64,000 nucleotides of DNA from Perna viridis (GCA_037379345.1 CM074514.1:16244001-16308000), one strand, 5' to 3'; positions 37,901 to 52,307 are shown, counted from the first letter of the stretch. Program-made: numbers and translations. The notes: a model not told the origin generated them from the letters alone.

Positions 37901-40900
37901 GACATAGAGGAAAAATAATTATCAAACTAGTTTAATTTCATCTAAAGAGTGTAAACTGTGGAAATCAATCTGGAGTATCGGGTTCGTTGAAACCATTTGG
38001 GCATAGAAGTTATTAAGTTAAACGCCATCACAATTGTTGATATACACGTTAGTCTATATTTGCTTGGTTCAAATCGAGTGTATTTTGTCCCAAGATTTCT
38101 GCGACATAGACCGGAGTCGTTTTAATCTACATAATCCGGCTGTTACAGAGTAAAGAAGGTAACGACCCTGTTCTGATTATAGCCTAGAAAGTAACGTGAT
38201 ATTCCGTTTGATATTTTAACCATTTTGCATCTTATGTTTGACGACATTTTAAGCAGATGCAAACAAGGTTTTAATGTCAATCGAAACGATAATTGGGTTC
38301 AGACTCAGAATAAAGACATCCAAGTATAATAGCTTAAGTCGTTTTCTCATCCTTAACCCTATACCCTCCGTAATTACATTTCAATATATAGCTTGATAAT
38401 TACAGAATTGCCGAATATCTATTGCGACGGGTAACCCGTATTTGACTTCGATATCATTAAATAAAGATTACTATTAAAATATCTTAAGAAATCCTTTCAT
38501 TTTGTGTGGCCATTGCTTGGACTTGAAAAGAATATCTTAGTTTTACAAAACCGGCCACGTAGAAAAATATCGCGATTTATGAGTAAAGAAGAAATCGAAT
38601 CAAGTGTCGTTAGAGCGTCAGGGGTCTGAAAAGAAGACACTTTCGCTTGCAGTGCTGTAATGCAAAATAAGAGGCGTGCACTTGAATAGCTTGAATCGTA
38701 ATTTGTCTTCTTAATTTTTCCTGCTGGATACAAGCCAGGGTGACAAAGTCAAAATTTGTGAGAAAATAGTCGGAGATGATTTGTGTGGTGTTAAGATCTA
38801 AAGTTAAATGCAATAAAATTGAAGATCATGAATAAGCAGAAGTGAGAATGAGAGTTTAATAAATGGTTATATGATAGCAGGAAATAAGAGATGAATTTAG
38901 ATTTAATATTTGTATGATTATTTCAGTACAAATTCGTTAGGTTGGAAGTTCAAAGAGTATTTCATTTGCGGTCATAATGAATCTTTATGAGCCTATGAAT
39001 ATATCCCATCTATGACACACATATACAGAGACCTAATATTGAATTCCTATGCAAATATATAACAATAAAGTCTAGCAGTTATCCGACCCCTTGTTTGTGA
39101 TAGTGGTTTACATGCAACATTCAGTAGTCGTTAATTTTGATTTGATTCATATGTCAAATAACGTTAAAATAATTGTACAGAAAGTCTCCACTCAAATACA
39201 TGTATGATGGACATAGGCGGATACAAAGGGGACAGGGCCTTTATGCACGAAAAGTTTGGTTGATTATATAGTAAAAATTGAAAATCACTGAGTGCCCCAA
39301 CCCTAAGCCAGACATCCAATGGTATTTTGCTTAAAAAATGTATAGAAGTGTTAAGCAATTTCAATAAAATGTAAATGTAATACAAAGTCCCTGCTGATTA
39401 ATCGCTACATGTATGGTGTTCATGGCATTATTAATTGAATATGGAAACATATAATAATATAGCAAGGAACAAAAAAGTCACTATTTACATTTACAGTACA
39501 TGTACTCTACCATCGGTTTATACACATTTACAGTACATGTACCTTACTATCGATTTATACACATTTACAGTACATGTACCCTACTATCGGTTTATACACA
39601 TTTACAAGAGCAGTCTTAAACTCTTATAACGGGCATTTTTGTCAGTGAAAACTATGTTCAGTACACTTTAGTGAGTCGAGCTGTAGAGTTACTTTCCAAG
39701 TACCGGACATTCAAATCATTATATTCTTGTAAAATATTGGCAACATATAGTTATGTCACCGACTGTTTAATCAAGTTTTGGCTTACAACTGAAGGTTTAA
39801 AATGTATCATGGGTTTGTTTATTTCTTACTCCAAAGTGAGTAACACAGGAAGCTTAATACGGCAAGGATAGCTGTGCTAGTTTTTAAATTAAACAATATC
39901 GAAATTCTAAGTAAACAAGTGTTAGTAGAAATCGTCATTATGTTTGTTCTAGAACTTGTTTACAAAGTAATATCAATAAATACGAATGAAGAAATAAAAC
40001 AGGTTTACATAATGGTGGGACTGCCTACACATGAATAGACCTCATAACTTAACATAATGGTGGGACTACCTTTGCCATGAACACAGACCCTATAACTTTC
40101 ACATAATAGAGGGACTACCTTTCCATAAAAATAGTTCCTATAACTTAACATAATTGAGGTACTACCTTTACATGAACAGACCCCATGACTTTACATAATG
40201 GTGGGACTACCTTTACATTAAAATATACCCCATAACTTTCACAAAAAGATGAGACTACTTTACATGAAAATTGATCCCTTAACTTAACATAATAGTGGTA
40301 CTACATTGAGATGAAAACAGACCCCATAACTTTACATAATGATGGAACCACTTTAACATGAAATAGACCCCATAACTTTTACATAATGGTGGGACTACCT
40401 TTACTTGACAACAACCCGTGACTTTCATATACATATGAAACGATCCTTTATATGAAAATAGATCCCATAACATTCATACTGTACATGTATATGGTGGGCA
40501 TCCCTTACATGAAAATAAACCCCATAACATTCATTGAATGGTGGGAATACTTTTACATTAACATAGATCCCATAACTGTGACATAACGGTGAGACTATCT
40601 TTACAATGAAACAGACCCCATAACTTTCACATAACGTGAGACTACCTTTATAATGAAACAGACCCAATAACTTTTACATAATGGTATGATTACTTTTATA
40701 TGAAACAGACCCCCTAACTTTCACATAAACGGTGGTACTACTTTAACATAAAAATAGACTCAATAGATTTCTTGATTTTGAATCACCATGACCTTTCCAG
40801 CTGTATTTTGTACTTGTATGATGATAGACTTGTGTACTTTCTATACCAGTTTAATTTTATGTGTTTCTGATATCTGAACAATAAATTCCTACTTTTCATA

Positions 40901-43900
40901 TCATTCAAAATAATGTTTACATAGAGTTTAATACAGGAATATTCAAGATAGTTAGTGAGAAGACAGAGATTAAAATTCTTCTAGCTCTAACTAACAGCAA
41001 GAGTAGAAATCTGAACTAATTCAATTCAGTTCAGTTTTAGAATACCATATGAGCCATTGTAGGTTTATCCGAACTATTGAATGACAAAGATTTGAATAGT
41101 TGTGCATAAAGATTCACAAGACAAAATATTCCGTTGGTATCCACTCTACAAGTTTAGCTTAGGTTTCCACCATAGTTCCTGGTGCGCTGTCTATGAGCAC
41201 ATCAAGTAGAACTAAAAATTTCGGTCTAGTACGGCGCATGAATCATATATAAATGAAGGAGAGAAATTTGACCTATTAAAATTCAGGATCTTCAGCACGC
41301 TGACATAAATATTTTTTTTTAAAATGTATTTTTGATTTACAATTCAGATTTTGCTATAGGTCTTTTATACAATAATCAGAGGTCACAGATAGTTAAAATC
41401 AAAGCACCGTTTAAGTTCAAAGGAGATGTGAGCGTGCATACTGGGAACAGACAGATAAAGCAGGCATAATTATAGTCTATCAATTACTATCATATAAATT
41501 TTGATTTTTGTCTTTGACCTTTGTTTGGGTACTTACATCAACTGTTGTCAGTCTTAGCACCTTTAAATACATGTAAATACATGATGTAAATTAAATTCAT
41601 TGCATAACAAGCTTCTGTATAATGGTATGCTTTGATATTGTAAATTTATAGGTGGGTTGGTGGTATGATGTATTGTGTACTCCAGACATTGATGAGCTTC
41701 TATACGCCGCTATAAATCAATTTTTTTATTTTTTTTCGTCTACTGATTTTATTCATGAAATTTGATTCAACAAGAAGTCTACTCCTTTCCCGAGTTTACT
41801 GAGAAAACCACAAGAGCAAGGTCAGACAGAACAAATCTTACTGAATGAATTGTCCTACAATATAAACTAAAACAAACTCGTTCTAAAGATAATGACTGAA
41901 GGGTCTCTGAAAGTACTGCCTAAATATAGATAAGTTTTGTACCACCTTAAAGTGAAACAAATCTAATAGCAGGTCCTTGTTACATAGCTGGGCTTTTGTT
42001 TGTTGAACATAAATTTAGAGCGACGATAAGGCACGTTTGGTTGTACATCTAAATCAAACATCGTTGAACACCTTACACATAGGTTTATCATATTAGAATG
42101 GTACTATACTGTCAAATATTTCAATATACAACGGCAAATCATATCGTCCAAACAAACTTGTAAGTCTGGGTCAACAATATCGTCAAAAGATGGTACTTGA
42201 ATTCACAAATCGTAATGCCAATGACATGAGAAGTTTAAAATGACTCAAATACAAGCGAGCGCTACTGTACGGTGCTGTAAAGATAAACTGAATTCACGAA
42301 ATAAGGTAATGTGAGGTCACTATTAGAAAATACAGACAACACTTCAGAGTAATCAAGCTTATTACTTTAATGGACAACTCAAAAATATATTTACTGTTAA
42401 AAACTAAGATATCTGTTATTGATCAATATATCACTTGATCACAACACTGTATATATGTGCTAAATATGTATATTAAATCCTTTGTGAAACTGCCCAAAAT
42501 ACCATTATTCAGCTTTTAGTTAATATCACTTGTGCAGATTTTTATATGAAATAGCTCCGAAAAAATATAAAGGCTCAGCTATTTAAAGTTTAAATTTCAC
42601 ATGCATTTATATTTTCAGTGTATGCTTTGGTGCATGCAAACTGCAGTCAAAATAAACAAATAACTCGTGATATAAACAGGTAAAATTGGTAAAGACTTTT
42701 TCTCTAAAATGCTTCGAAGAACTTGAGAGTTGCCAATTGTTAAGCTTATGTTTTATTCAATTCTTCAATCAGTGTCTTCATTAAATCTTATAATTTGAAT
42801 GGAACTAAAATGTAATGTAGTTACTACAGACAAATTGTTATTTTCTCTTCATTTACGTCAACTTCATTGCAGACTTGGCTGGAGGGAACAAATAACGATG
42901 AAACTGTTCCCATTCACTGTTAAATGGCGATATAAAACTAGCAAAAATAGGCACGGATAATTGGTTTAATACTGATAAATTACTCCTTCCCTGGCTTTAT
43001 CTAGAATATTACTACTCGTGTGCATGATAATGCATCAAAATTTCGTAACGATGAAGACCTTGTAACACAAGTTAGACAGAGAAAACGGCTTCTGTGTCGA
43101 TTGGAGATATGGACTGATAGCAACAGATAGCAATAGAGACATTGAATCGCTAGAATGACAATGAGAATTCACAGTGAGAGCTTAATTGTCATGGGCGTTA
43201 CCCCTACCAAAACTCACCGATAAAACTACATGTATGTACGTCAATACTGCTATCCGTTTACTGTCTTCGTCCCTACTACCACATACACCAAACAGAGAAC
43301 ACTGCAGTGCGTTCATATGAAAAGCACAGTTAAGTAAATAGTGTTGGATATGAGAAACTCTTCATTATACTTACTGCTTAGATTGATCTTTTAAAATTTA
43401 ATTAACTGAAATCTTAGTAGTATTGCTTATAGGTCACATAGAGAATTTTATGACAAAAATAAGCGAAAATTGCAATACGTCATTTTTTTCAAAAAGAGTC
43501 TTAAAAGATGTCAAAGTTCTAGAAAATCGGTGCATGTATTATACAGTGTTAGTAAATAGACTCGAAGCAGTAAAAGTAATATAATTTTTCATTCCAGCTC
43601 CTGTGAACAAACTATGATTGCCGTGAAAGTGAACGTCCTTTCTAGAAATGCGTCGAAATATTCGTTGTAATTCCCGTGTCTTGATAAATTTTCTGAACAA
43701 ATTAGAAACATACTCTTTATCGAGTGCATTGTGTGATTTGGTATAAACATACCTGAAACTTACAATGATAACAACAGAACAGTACGGCTATATGTAACGA
43801 AAATAACACGTGTAATCAGCTTTTGTAACTATATTATGATCACAAAATCTTAAAATAGCTTAAAACAGTTTTGTTTTTGGTCATTAGAGAGTTTTTTGTT

Positions 43901-46900
43901 AATTATTTTATCATTACAAGTACTTTCTTTATTATTGATAGTGTCAGTTTTTTTTTATCATGAACTGTTTTCAAGACAGTGCCAAAATAGAAGATCACTT
44001 ACCACCCAATTATTAAACCCGTGGACAAAACATATAAAAGGCCGAGAGTGCTTGATGTAAACAGTGGGATGTCAGAGGAATATTGAACTTAGATATAACC
44101 AGTGTATTGTATCAACATTCCCAATCTTTATGATCCAACCTCGACTATAATCCCTACTGTCGATTAATATCTATCTATCAGATCCAGATTTTTTGTTTTA
44201 CACTATATTAATGATGAGGACTGATTAGACATTGATTTCCTACTTCGTCATGACGCGTGCACTAGAAACTGTAAAGTTTAATATACATTTTAAGTTATAT
44301 GTTTAAGACTCGGCCCGTTATTTCCCATTCTTCTCTTCGATGTAATAAAATGTAATTCCAAATGAATTATGTAACAGCTTAATAATAACATTAAGTTAAA
44401 ACCAACTTAGGTCTCTATTCTTACCGGAGTATGTCTGGAGAAATATTACAGATTTTCTACAGAAAACCATCAAATTATTTCGGAGATATCTTTGATTGAA
44501 TAGTATCTCGTGTTCGATGAGAATAAACATTCTTCTTTTAATTTAATTATTGTTAAATGGTTAAAATTTGCAGATAAACCCCTTTTGTATCGATGAAGAC
44601 GTTCTCAAGAAAAAGTCAATATTTGTTTATAGTTAAATTTCTATATTTTTTCTCCAAACTTTGGTATTTGCCCAAACAGATACAAAAAGAAATCTATAAT
44701 CAAACGTAGAAGCTTCAATTTTAATAAAAGTTGACCAAGTACGATTAAGCCACCAGAAAAATTCAACAAAGTCACGTTCTACAAACCCAAGGGGCGTTTT
44801 TTAGGTGAGCAGTACTGTTTTGCAAAATAATTGTTTTCAAAACTTCGAAAGAGAAGTCGTTTTTGCAATTAGTTAATTTGCACCGAACTTCAAACTTTTG
44901 AGATGCCAATTAAAAACTTTTTTCAAAAAAGAAGCAGAGACATACTGCCAATTATCCTATCCAACACGTATACACGAGTTGGAAGTAAAATTTTGAATGA
45001 CGTTGCAAATTTCAGATGTCACATTTGTGGACTTAAAAATTCTACTAGGAAAAATATGACCAGTTTTAAAACCAGATATGGAGGAAAAGTATAATGAAAA
45101 ACTACATGAGAGCGTGTCATATGTCGCTTCAGAAAACATCTTGCCGTCCAATGCTATTTTGAAATGGTATGGACTTAGATAAAGTATGTCTTGAGACATT
45201 AACTTAATCAATGAATTCGAGAAGAGAAATATTTTCTGTTGATGCAGACAGACTTTGATGTAGAGAAGATATTTATTGTAATTTCACGCCATTGATAGGC
45301 TATTAAGTGTTGTAATTAGATTTATCATTTGGACAAATTGTTACATCCCACTTGCCTAAAGGGGCCTCTTAATTATCCCATTAACACAAAACTTGAAAAA
45401 GACTAGGCGATACTTTTGACACTTATCTTGTGACGCGTTATTGTAAGCAGTAACCCGGGGTAGTTTTACGATCAGTAATTAAAACGCATATAAACCGATC
45501 ACAATCCATGATATTGTTAAAGTACCACGTCCATTCATTTCGTACCAAAATAGTGATTAATACATATGATCGCTTTCAATCCTTGCTTGTGTGAGAGGTT
45601 TATTTTGCCATTCAAGCAGGTGTGATAAGACCATTAGCTACTAAATATACAAACTCCTAATTGTGTAATAATCCTAAACCTTTCAAATTCCACTGTTTAT
45701 AAATGCTTTTAATTTTCATAAAACATTAATCAGGTACTTCAATTAAAGATTAAGGTTTATATAGCAGATTAATGTCAAAAATTACTTTTACATTTTTTCC
45801 AATTATGTAAAAATTTAATTTATTTTATATGTTTTGTTACTGGAAAGCTTAGCATTTTTATTCTGTGGCATTTATGAAAGATCTCAATTTGGCTTAGTTA
45901 TCTAAACACACGTCAGAAGTTTGTGTGGTTTGAAAATAAACGAAAGGAAGAAAGTATGAACTGAACACCTGCGGAATTACTTCAAAGCAATCAAGGCTAC
46001 TTTACATCGGTAAAATATTACACGTTATGACGAGTGTCTTTGAGAGGCTACATTTATAGGATCTTTATGCTTAAACGTGCTTTTATTCTGTTTAGAGATT
46101 CTTAACAAGTATATGGTAAATGTATTCATTAGAGAGATATTTTTTAAACAGGGAAATTGGGTGAGGAAATTATCAACTAAACATATTTCTCCCTCCCTAA
46201 CGATTCGGCTAAGTTGTCAATTAATTGACCTGCGTCTCATGTTCGTTATTTCTTTTCTAAAAAAAAAAAACAATATCCTGTAAACTTTCTAAATCGTGGT
46301 AATATGAAATAAATTTCGAAAACCCAAACAAAGCACTCAAAATAAGAGCAAAAATACTATAATTTAACTATATCTAAAATTTAAAAAAAGTTGTATCATG
46401 AATATAAAATAGATGATCATATGTATGAAAACAAATCTCGGGTTTACAAACTTTTTATTTTAGAGTTACAGTTTAATGTAAATATTTACCAAATTGATGT
46501 TGACTAATGTCAACCACCAGCCCATGCATGGTCAACATATAGACATAAAGTATATATACACATATTTAATAAGTCGTCCTAAATTTTGTATCGAGTAAAA
46601 TATACACGAAATAAAACACCTTAGGTTAGTAATATAGCGGCTAATGTTACACTCTGTTCTTAAATGCTCAATGAACGGTTCAAGATATTTTGGTATAGTT
46701 TTAATGTATAATGGATGTTCAGCATGCAAAAATGAATCAGCTAAATAGTTTATAAGGCTGTGATTCGGACGTAAAAATCAAGTTAAAAATCAATGAAATA
46801 TTTCCACACAGGGTCGTGAAATATGATTCAATACCTCACAAAATGTTTGGAATTTTTACGCTGACCTTCTCACTTTGAGCAATACAAAATACTTGGTGTT

Positions 46901-49013
46901 TGAGATGAGATTGTGTTGACCCGTGATACCTTTTATTACAAAGAGGTGAAGTAGGATGCAGTTTATGGTAAAAAATTAACATGCATTGATAACTTGCAAC
47001 ATGGGTTTCAGAGGCAAGGTTCGCCAAGCATCGGCGATAAAGAATAAAAACTGGCTTGTGTTTACGGTGTACGATATCGGTACGAACATTAAATATTTAT
47101 GAACTGCTTAAAATGGACATAAATTTCTCATGAACGCCTTTCATTGAAAACAATTTACGTATACAGTCTGTAGCCTACATCAATACGCAGATAGAAAAAA
47201 GTTGCAAAGATGTCTAGCGCTGGGTATTTCATATCGTTTTCCCACTGAATAAGATTTAGAAGAATTTGTTCTATTTAATATTGAAATTCATATCAATACT
47301 CAGATCTTTATTTTTTTTATTATTTAATGTATATGATATTTATGTAAATTATTTATTATATAAAATATGTGAATAAACTACTAAATTAGCATACAATCAC
47401 CTAGTTATAAAAAAATTATAATTTAGGAACAAATTTGTGAAAAAAAGAATTCTATTTTCCTTGATGTTATGGCGTAGTTCACACCACCTGCCTAAATAAT
47501 AAAAAATGTTTTTTCATACATATTAAACACTCAAACAAATGTTATTATCATCCAGATATTAATAATTCTACGTATAAAAATGATGTATTGCATTTATAAC
47601 GTTGGTTGAACAGTGGGTTCTTGGATGCTAGTTTGAGTTCCATCAGCGTTCTTTGGCTTAATGCCTTTCTTATCTCGTATACCTCATAAATCTATCATAG
47701 TTGCATTAAAGTATCATCATCATATCCAAACTTTAAAAAACTAATACATAATGTTGCAATAAAATATTACTTAAAAACCATTTTTTCAAGTTAAAGCTAG
47801 GATTGTCTAGTAATGTTGAACTCGAGAGATTAAAACAATAAATTTTGTTGTTAATTTTTGACTTTGAATAATGTTTCATACGTGCACTTAGGCTTCTTGG
47901 TACATATTGAATATTGCAAGTCTGAAATGACACAAATTTTACACATTTGCCTGTAAAAATCTACATTAACTCACCGACACACTCGTTGGCAATTCTGCTG
48001 GTAGCACGTGCCCACGGCCTGTCAAAATGGAATGGTTTACATTTTTCACATTCTGATCCCGCAGTATTGTGCTTACAATCACACACATATTGACCTTCTC
48101 GATTTGTTATGCAACGAGATGCATGACCGTTACACTTGCACCTGCCACCAACAGCAAAATCGGATAAAGAATAGTAGTAGCTCTCTCTTGCAGATTCATC
48201 GTCGTGTTCGTCTCCATAAGTATTCAGTCTGCTAAAGACTACCATAACATCGGTTGCGGTAACCCAATCTTGGAGAATAGGACTGTTGTCAAAATCATAT
48301 GCTGATGGTCTACCTTCAAGTGTGCTGAAAGCAACACGTGCTCCAGATAATGGCTCTATATTGCTGTATGACTCTGTGCATAAAGCCTCTTGTTCGTTCG
48401 CTTTTGTCACTAAAGCTCGTGGAGATTTGGAATACATTTTCTTACAGTTACTCGAATAATATTGGAATGGTACCCATGTTTTCCCATAATCCATACTTTT
48501 AAATAATGCCATGGAATCTGGTCTCGCAGAACAAAACTGTAAACTAATGTAAGTGATCTCATATTTCTTCCCCAAAGAAAGTTTCAGAGTAACATTTTGT
48601 GGATATTGTACATATGTATTAGACATCCAACACGTTAAATTATTTGGATTATTCAGGTCAGTTAAATACGATGGTGGATGCATGCGTTTTGGATGGTTCC
48701 CGTCACAAATAAAACAATTCCGAATAACACGACCGTCTTTGTCCGTTGTAGATTTGCAATACCTAGTTGGCGGCGAACCACACGTACTGGATGCTGTAAC
48801 GTCTTTGCCAAAGGCTGCATTTACGAAATCAGGGGTACACAGTGTAGGTTCCCCTCTCTCGTTGTAACAAGGATCGGGTGGTGTTTGTTGACGAACGAAC
48901 ATATCCATATATGATCCTGTCCACGAATCACGAACACACAAACAAATTAGAACTATTGATATCTTAAGCATTTTTGTCACTAATTTTGAAATTCTCAGCA
49001 TCCATAGTCTCAT
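22581..49013 (-). CDS. Ntn1: Netrin-1 / UNC-6 orthologue (about 596-610 aa with one LE2 exon; LN-LE1-LE2-LE3-C345C)
   Basis: Exons 47975-49013, 34506-34694 and/or 34268-34456, 29963-30112, 26633-26668, 24787-24858 and 22581-22927 join in frame through phase-1 GT-AG introns. Hallmark netrin motifs: [86 protein letters not shown]. Confidence 0.97.
23534..24303. repeat. Intronic minisatellite, ~37-bp unit, ~20 copies, with a 164-bp higher-order duplication
   Basis: Consensus about AAGAACAGGGCCGGGAATAGACAAACAAATA(T/C)CACCT. The block starting at 23688 is repeated at 23852. Confidence 0.95.
24787..24858 (-). CDS. Ntn1: Netrin C345C/NTR domain, first exon ([24 protein letters not shown])
   Basis: ttttacag|GT...TAT G|gtacgt, 72 nt. 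KKYC..DY motif of the NTR domain. Confidence 0.9.
26633..26668 (-). CDS. Ntn1: Netrin linker micro-exon ([12 protein letters not shown])
   Basis: tttttttcttgcag|AA ATC CCT...AAA G|gtatga, 36 nt, phase 1-1. Gives the PCI-KIP junction typical of netrin-1. Confidence 0.8.
27938..28295. mobile_element. Palindromic non-autonomous DNA element (possibly Crypton-type)
   Basis: Imperfect fold-back at 27938-28120 (…ATCACGAGTGCC…GGCACGAGTGAT…). Same family in inverted orientation at 58161-58346. The 28160-28295 part matches 56575-56820. The family name is inference. Confidence 0.6.
29963..30112 (-). CDS. Ntn1: Netrin LE3 (V-3) exon
   Basis: cttatag|CA...ATT A|gtgagt, 150 nt. Encodes [50 protein letters not shown]. 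Absent from the ORF track. Confidence 0.95.
30708..30902. repeat. Perfect inverted repeat, 95-bp arms and 5-nt spacer
   Basis: 30708-30802 is the exact reverse complement of 30808-30902. Spacer AAGCA. Confidence 0.95.
34268..34456 (-). CDS. Ntn1: Netrin LE2 (V-2) exon, copy B (divergent tandem duplicate, likely mutually exclusive with A)
   Basis: cttttctctttcag|CA...AGA G|gtatgg, 189 nt. Encodes [63 protein letters not shown], with all 8 Cys kept. Confidence 0.88.
34506..34694 (-). CDS. Ntn1: Netrin LE2 (V-2) exon, copy A (canonical-like)
   Basis: tttcag|CT...AAA G|gtagga, 189 nt. Encodes [63 protein letters not shown]. Confidence 0.93.
39487..39606. repeat. Minisatellite, 37-bp unit, ~3.2 copies
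   Basis: ACATTTACAGTACATGTAC.CTAC.ATCG.TTTATAC at 39487, 39524 and 39561, partial at 39598. Confidence 0.9.
40004..40765. repeat. Minisatellite, ~46-47-bp unit, ~16 copies
   Basis: Consensus about TTCACATAATGGTGGGACTACCTTTACATGAAACAGACCCCATAACT with divergent copies. Confidence 0.92.
47975..49013 (-). CDS. Ntn1: Netrin coding exon 1: signal peptide, laminin N-terminal (VI) domain and LE1
   Basis: In-frame ATGs at 49013, 49001 and 48971 ([19 protein letters not shown] is signal-like). Donor ECV-G|GTGAGT at 47975/47974. Confidence 0.95.
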
Positions 49014-49459
49014 TTTGAAAAAAACCAATTCTAAAACGCAACAAAATTAAAAGAAATTTCAGTTTTTTACATTGTATAAAACTCAAAAACTCATTTTAAA
49101 ATACGTCATAAGTTGTGTTATTCAGAGACAATAAATTTCCAGAATGAGTTACTCTCACTTTACCACACACTGACAAAACAAACAATTTAGCATTTCGCTA
49201 ATAGTTTCTCGCCTAATATCATCTTATCATTACATCTATCAGCATATATCCATCACAATTGTCTGTATTACCTTCAGATATTCACAGCTTCGGGACGTTG
49301 GAGGAGAATAGACAAAACAAGTCACCTGAACGTCCTGCTCTCAGTCCTACAGAGTACCATGAGTTGAGAAGGTTCTACTCAGTAAGTGAATTCAAGAAAT
49401 ATTTCTCTTCGGTTTATTCTTATCGAAATTCCATTAATACGTTTGTAGATTCATAGGGC

Positions 49460-49590
49460 AGGCAGTACTTGCAATTTAACAATAAGAATAGCTATATCCA
49501 TTAGCCACGCCCACTACCGTGATCGATCATCTGAAAACGGGTAGCTCCGCCTTACTTTGTAATTTGTGAGATCATCATTGGTTGCTAATT
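49460..49590 (-). promoter_or_regulatory. Candidate netrin proximal promoter
   Basis: In minus-strand order: CCAAT box (AACCAATG, about 49576-49583), GC box (AGGCGGAG, about 49545-49552), Sp/KLF site GCCACGCCCAC (49504-49514), weak TATA-like GATATAG (about 49492-49498). Lies about 450-570 bp above the ATG. Confidence 0.45.
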
Positions 49591-52194
49591 AAGATCTTAT
49601 TCACTGAATTACAAAGGTGTTAAAAGATTATAAACTAATTGATAGGTTATAAGAAAAACAGATATGCACTAATTGGAAACTCTCCAGAAATTCTGCTGAA
49701 GATGTGACGAGTAGATTCATGTGATTCTCTAGTTTCCATGTTAAAATGACCCTTACATTCAAATATAAGGAGACAAAGTTTAAGGGGACAAGGATTCAGA
49801 TTTCAGAGTTTTAAATCATTTATATCTTAACATATTATCTCTTGTTTGTTTTCCTAAAGAACGATAACACGAAACAAGAGATATTTAATCATGAATTCAA
49901 TATATAAATGTTACTATGAATAACCATACGTAGAGTATCAGTTCCAATTTAGATTGAGTATATTACCAAGGTGTTTTAGGCGAGGGCGTTAAGAATTCAC
50001 GTTTTTGTAGTAGTTTACAACATACGAATCCTTTCCAATGAAAATACCGTAACAATGATGACAAAAAGATGAGAAATGTCTTGAAAGAATTCTGTAGTGG
50101 CTTTTTAATTGAAATTTGTACATTAAATGGGCTTAAGATATTTTGGCTCCAGACAAAGCTAACTCGAATTTTAGTAACGCTACATTGTTACAAGCATGAT
50201 ATAAACTTTATTTTCGATATGTGTATATAAGGAAACCACTGCATCTATACATACTTACACTTGGAAAACAAACAAGTTTCCGAAGAACGCTTTGACGACA
50301 TTACTGAATGCTTTTGCAGTATTTAGTTTTCTTGTTTTTTTTTGTATTTTGTAAGAAAGATTTTCAAAAATTCACTTCAACATAGAACTATATCTCCTAC
50401 TATCTTGATTTTTATGAAAGAATTTGTCTTAATACAGAATAAAAGCATGTTATGATTAAAACAAATAGCTGTTGAGATGATAAATTCCTTAATCCAACAA
50501 ATGTAATAGCTAGAAAAGATGGTTTGTTTCCCCCGATCCAATGCTTACATTACTAGATTTGCAAGCAAAAACCAGCTCCATGGCAATGACTATGGTTACA
50601 CTCACCCCTGAAAGGTAAGCTACATTGTGTCTGAAGTAATACAGTTTTATCGTGGTATATACATTACTAAGTAGGCTGACAAAAAGAACGAGAACACACA
50701 TAGTGCAAATAATTTATTATCTGAATTCAAAAATATTAAGTTTCTAGGTGTAATACTACCTCTATGTATCAGAAAGAACTGGTCACACCCATAGGGAAAT
50801 ATACGTAGGGAATTAATTAAATACATTAAAGATTCAAAACTATTATCGTTTCGTCATTTTTCTAATTGAATAAAAATGATTGCATCACTTTTCAACATGA
50901 GGTGTTAAATTGATGACAATCAAAATGACTCCTAGATATTAAGATTGTATCAGTTTGTCAAGACATGATGAACTCGTCAGAGTTAACGCTTTACCCGTCA
51001 GCAGATAATAGCAGTATTATCTAGCTTGATTGTGTTTACTAACATAAACGAAAATATTCGTAATTTAAATTTATATTCACTACTTACTGTAATACTTAGC
51101 GACCTTGAATTTATCAAATGTCGGAAGCTGCAGAGTTAATTTACACTGCCTTTAAAACAACGTTTTAAAAAGTAGTTGTGAGATTAGGGAGGTCCCAGAC
51201 AATTGTAATTTTTATAATATAAAAAATGTAATGAGCGAAAAGATTCATACTTTCGCGAATATTTGCAAACCGAACAATACTGAAATAAATGCAAAATCTT
51301 GAAACAATAACAGAACAGAACAGAATAACAAAAAAAAAAAAAAAAGAACATTTATAGAGGCTATTTTCAGAAATGATTTTAGGTTAAAAAAAAGTAGGCT
51401 GTGTACTGGCACCATTCAAATTATTTTATTCTACAAAAATCGTCACGAAAACGTCATACATTTATATCATAGAAATTCCAAAAATATTTAATAAAATTTG
51501 AAAAGTAATAATAAATAAATGATAAAATACTGATAAATATATTGCGATAAAAAAGCAATACATTTTGTATATGTAACACTTTGAACAAGTAAAACAAACA
51601 CAAAAAAGAACTAAAAAAAATTTACAAACGTATTGTGGAATAAGTTATTTTTGTTAACCCCACTGGCGATACTTCGATTAAAATTTTTCCGAGACGTAAA
51701 TGTTCTTATGTGTCGGGTTCAATGTTGCTGCAGGTGTTCCCTGAGGGATACAAGAGCGCAATTATTTGTAATGCATTTTCCATAGGGTACCTATGTAGTT
51801 TGAAAATTAATTAAAAAAAAAAAAAAACACACAAATTAGCAGAAAATGGGTTTCAGTTCCTAAAACTAGAAAAGCATACTTTTTATTTGCACAAAAAAAG
51901 TATATGGTCATGCGGCAAAAGTTGACCTAAATTTCAGTTGTTATGGACTCTTGAAAATTCAGCACAAAATACACTGGAAAAAAAAATGAAGCACCTAGAT
52001 TTCATTTATGAGAAATCATTTCAACCCTATAACATTTGATTAATTATTACCAAAATAAAATTAATCATAAATGGGTAAGCTTTGAAATGAAAATAAATTT
52101 TATAAAAAGCCATATCCAACCAATCAGGTACCACCTTGTATTCAGTACTCAGTACCATGTTAAAAAGTTCCCGGTAGAATGTAAACAAATAATT

Positions 52195-52225
<31 letters not shown>

Positions 52226-52307
52226 ACGTCTCAGAATGTGACGACTCTGTTCTCTACACTGCTGCATCGGATCAAATTGATACAGGGAAGATAACGTAAA
52301 CTTATAG

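Noticed and set aside
40004-40765. ~47-bp repeats as a CRISPR array or coding repeat
   Set aside because: Degenerate head-to-tail minisatellite. The overlapping ORFs are by-products.
48008-48914. Plus-strand ORFs overlapping netrin exon 1 (likewise 34199-34698)
   Set aside because: Antisense shadows of the real coding exons with no recognisable product.
49014-49028. ORF-track start MVFFK for netrin
   Set aside because: The first codon is TTG. The real start is one of the downstream ATGs.
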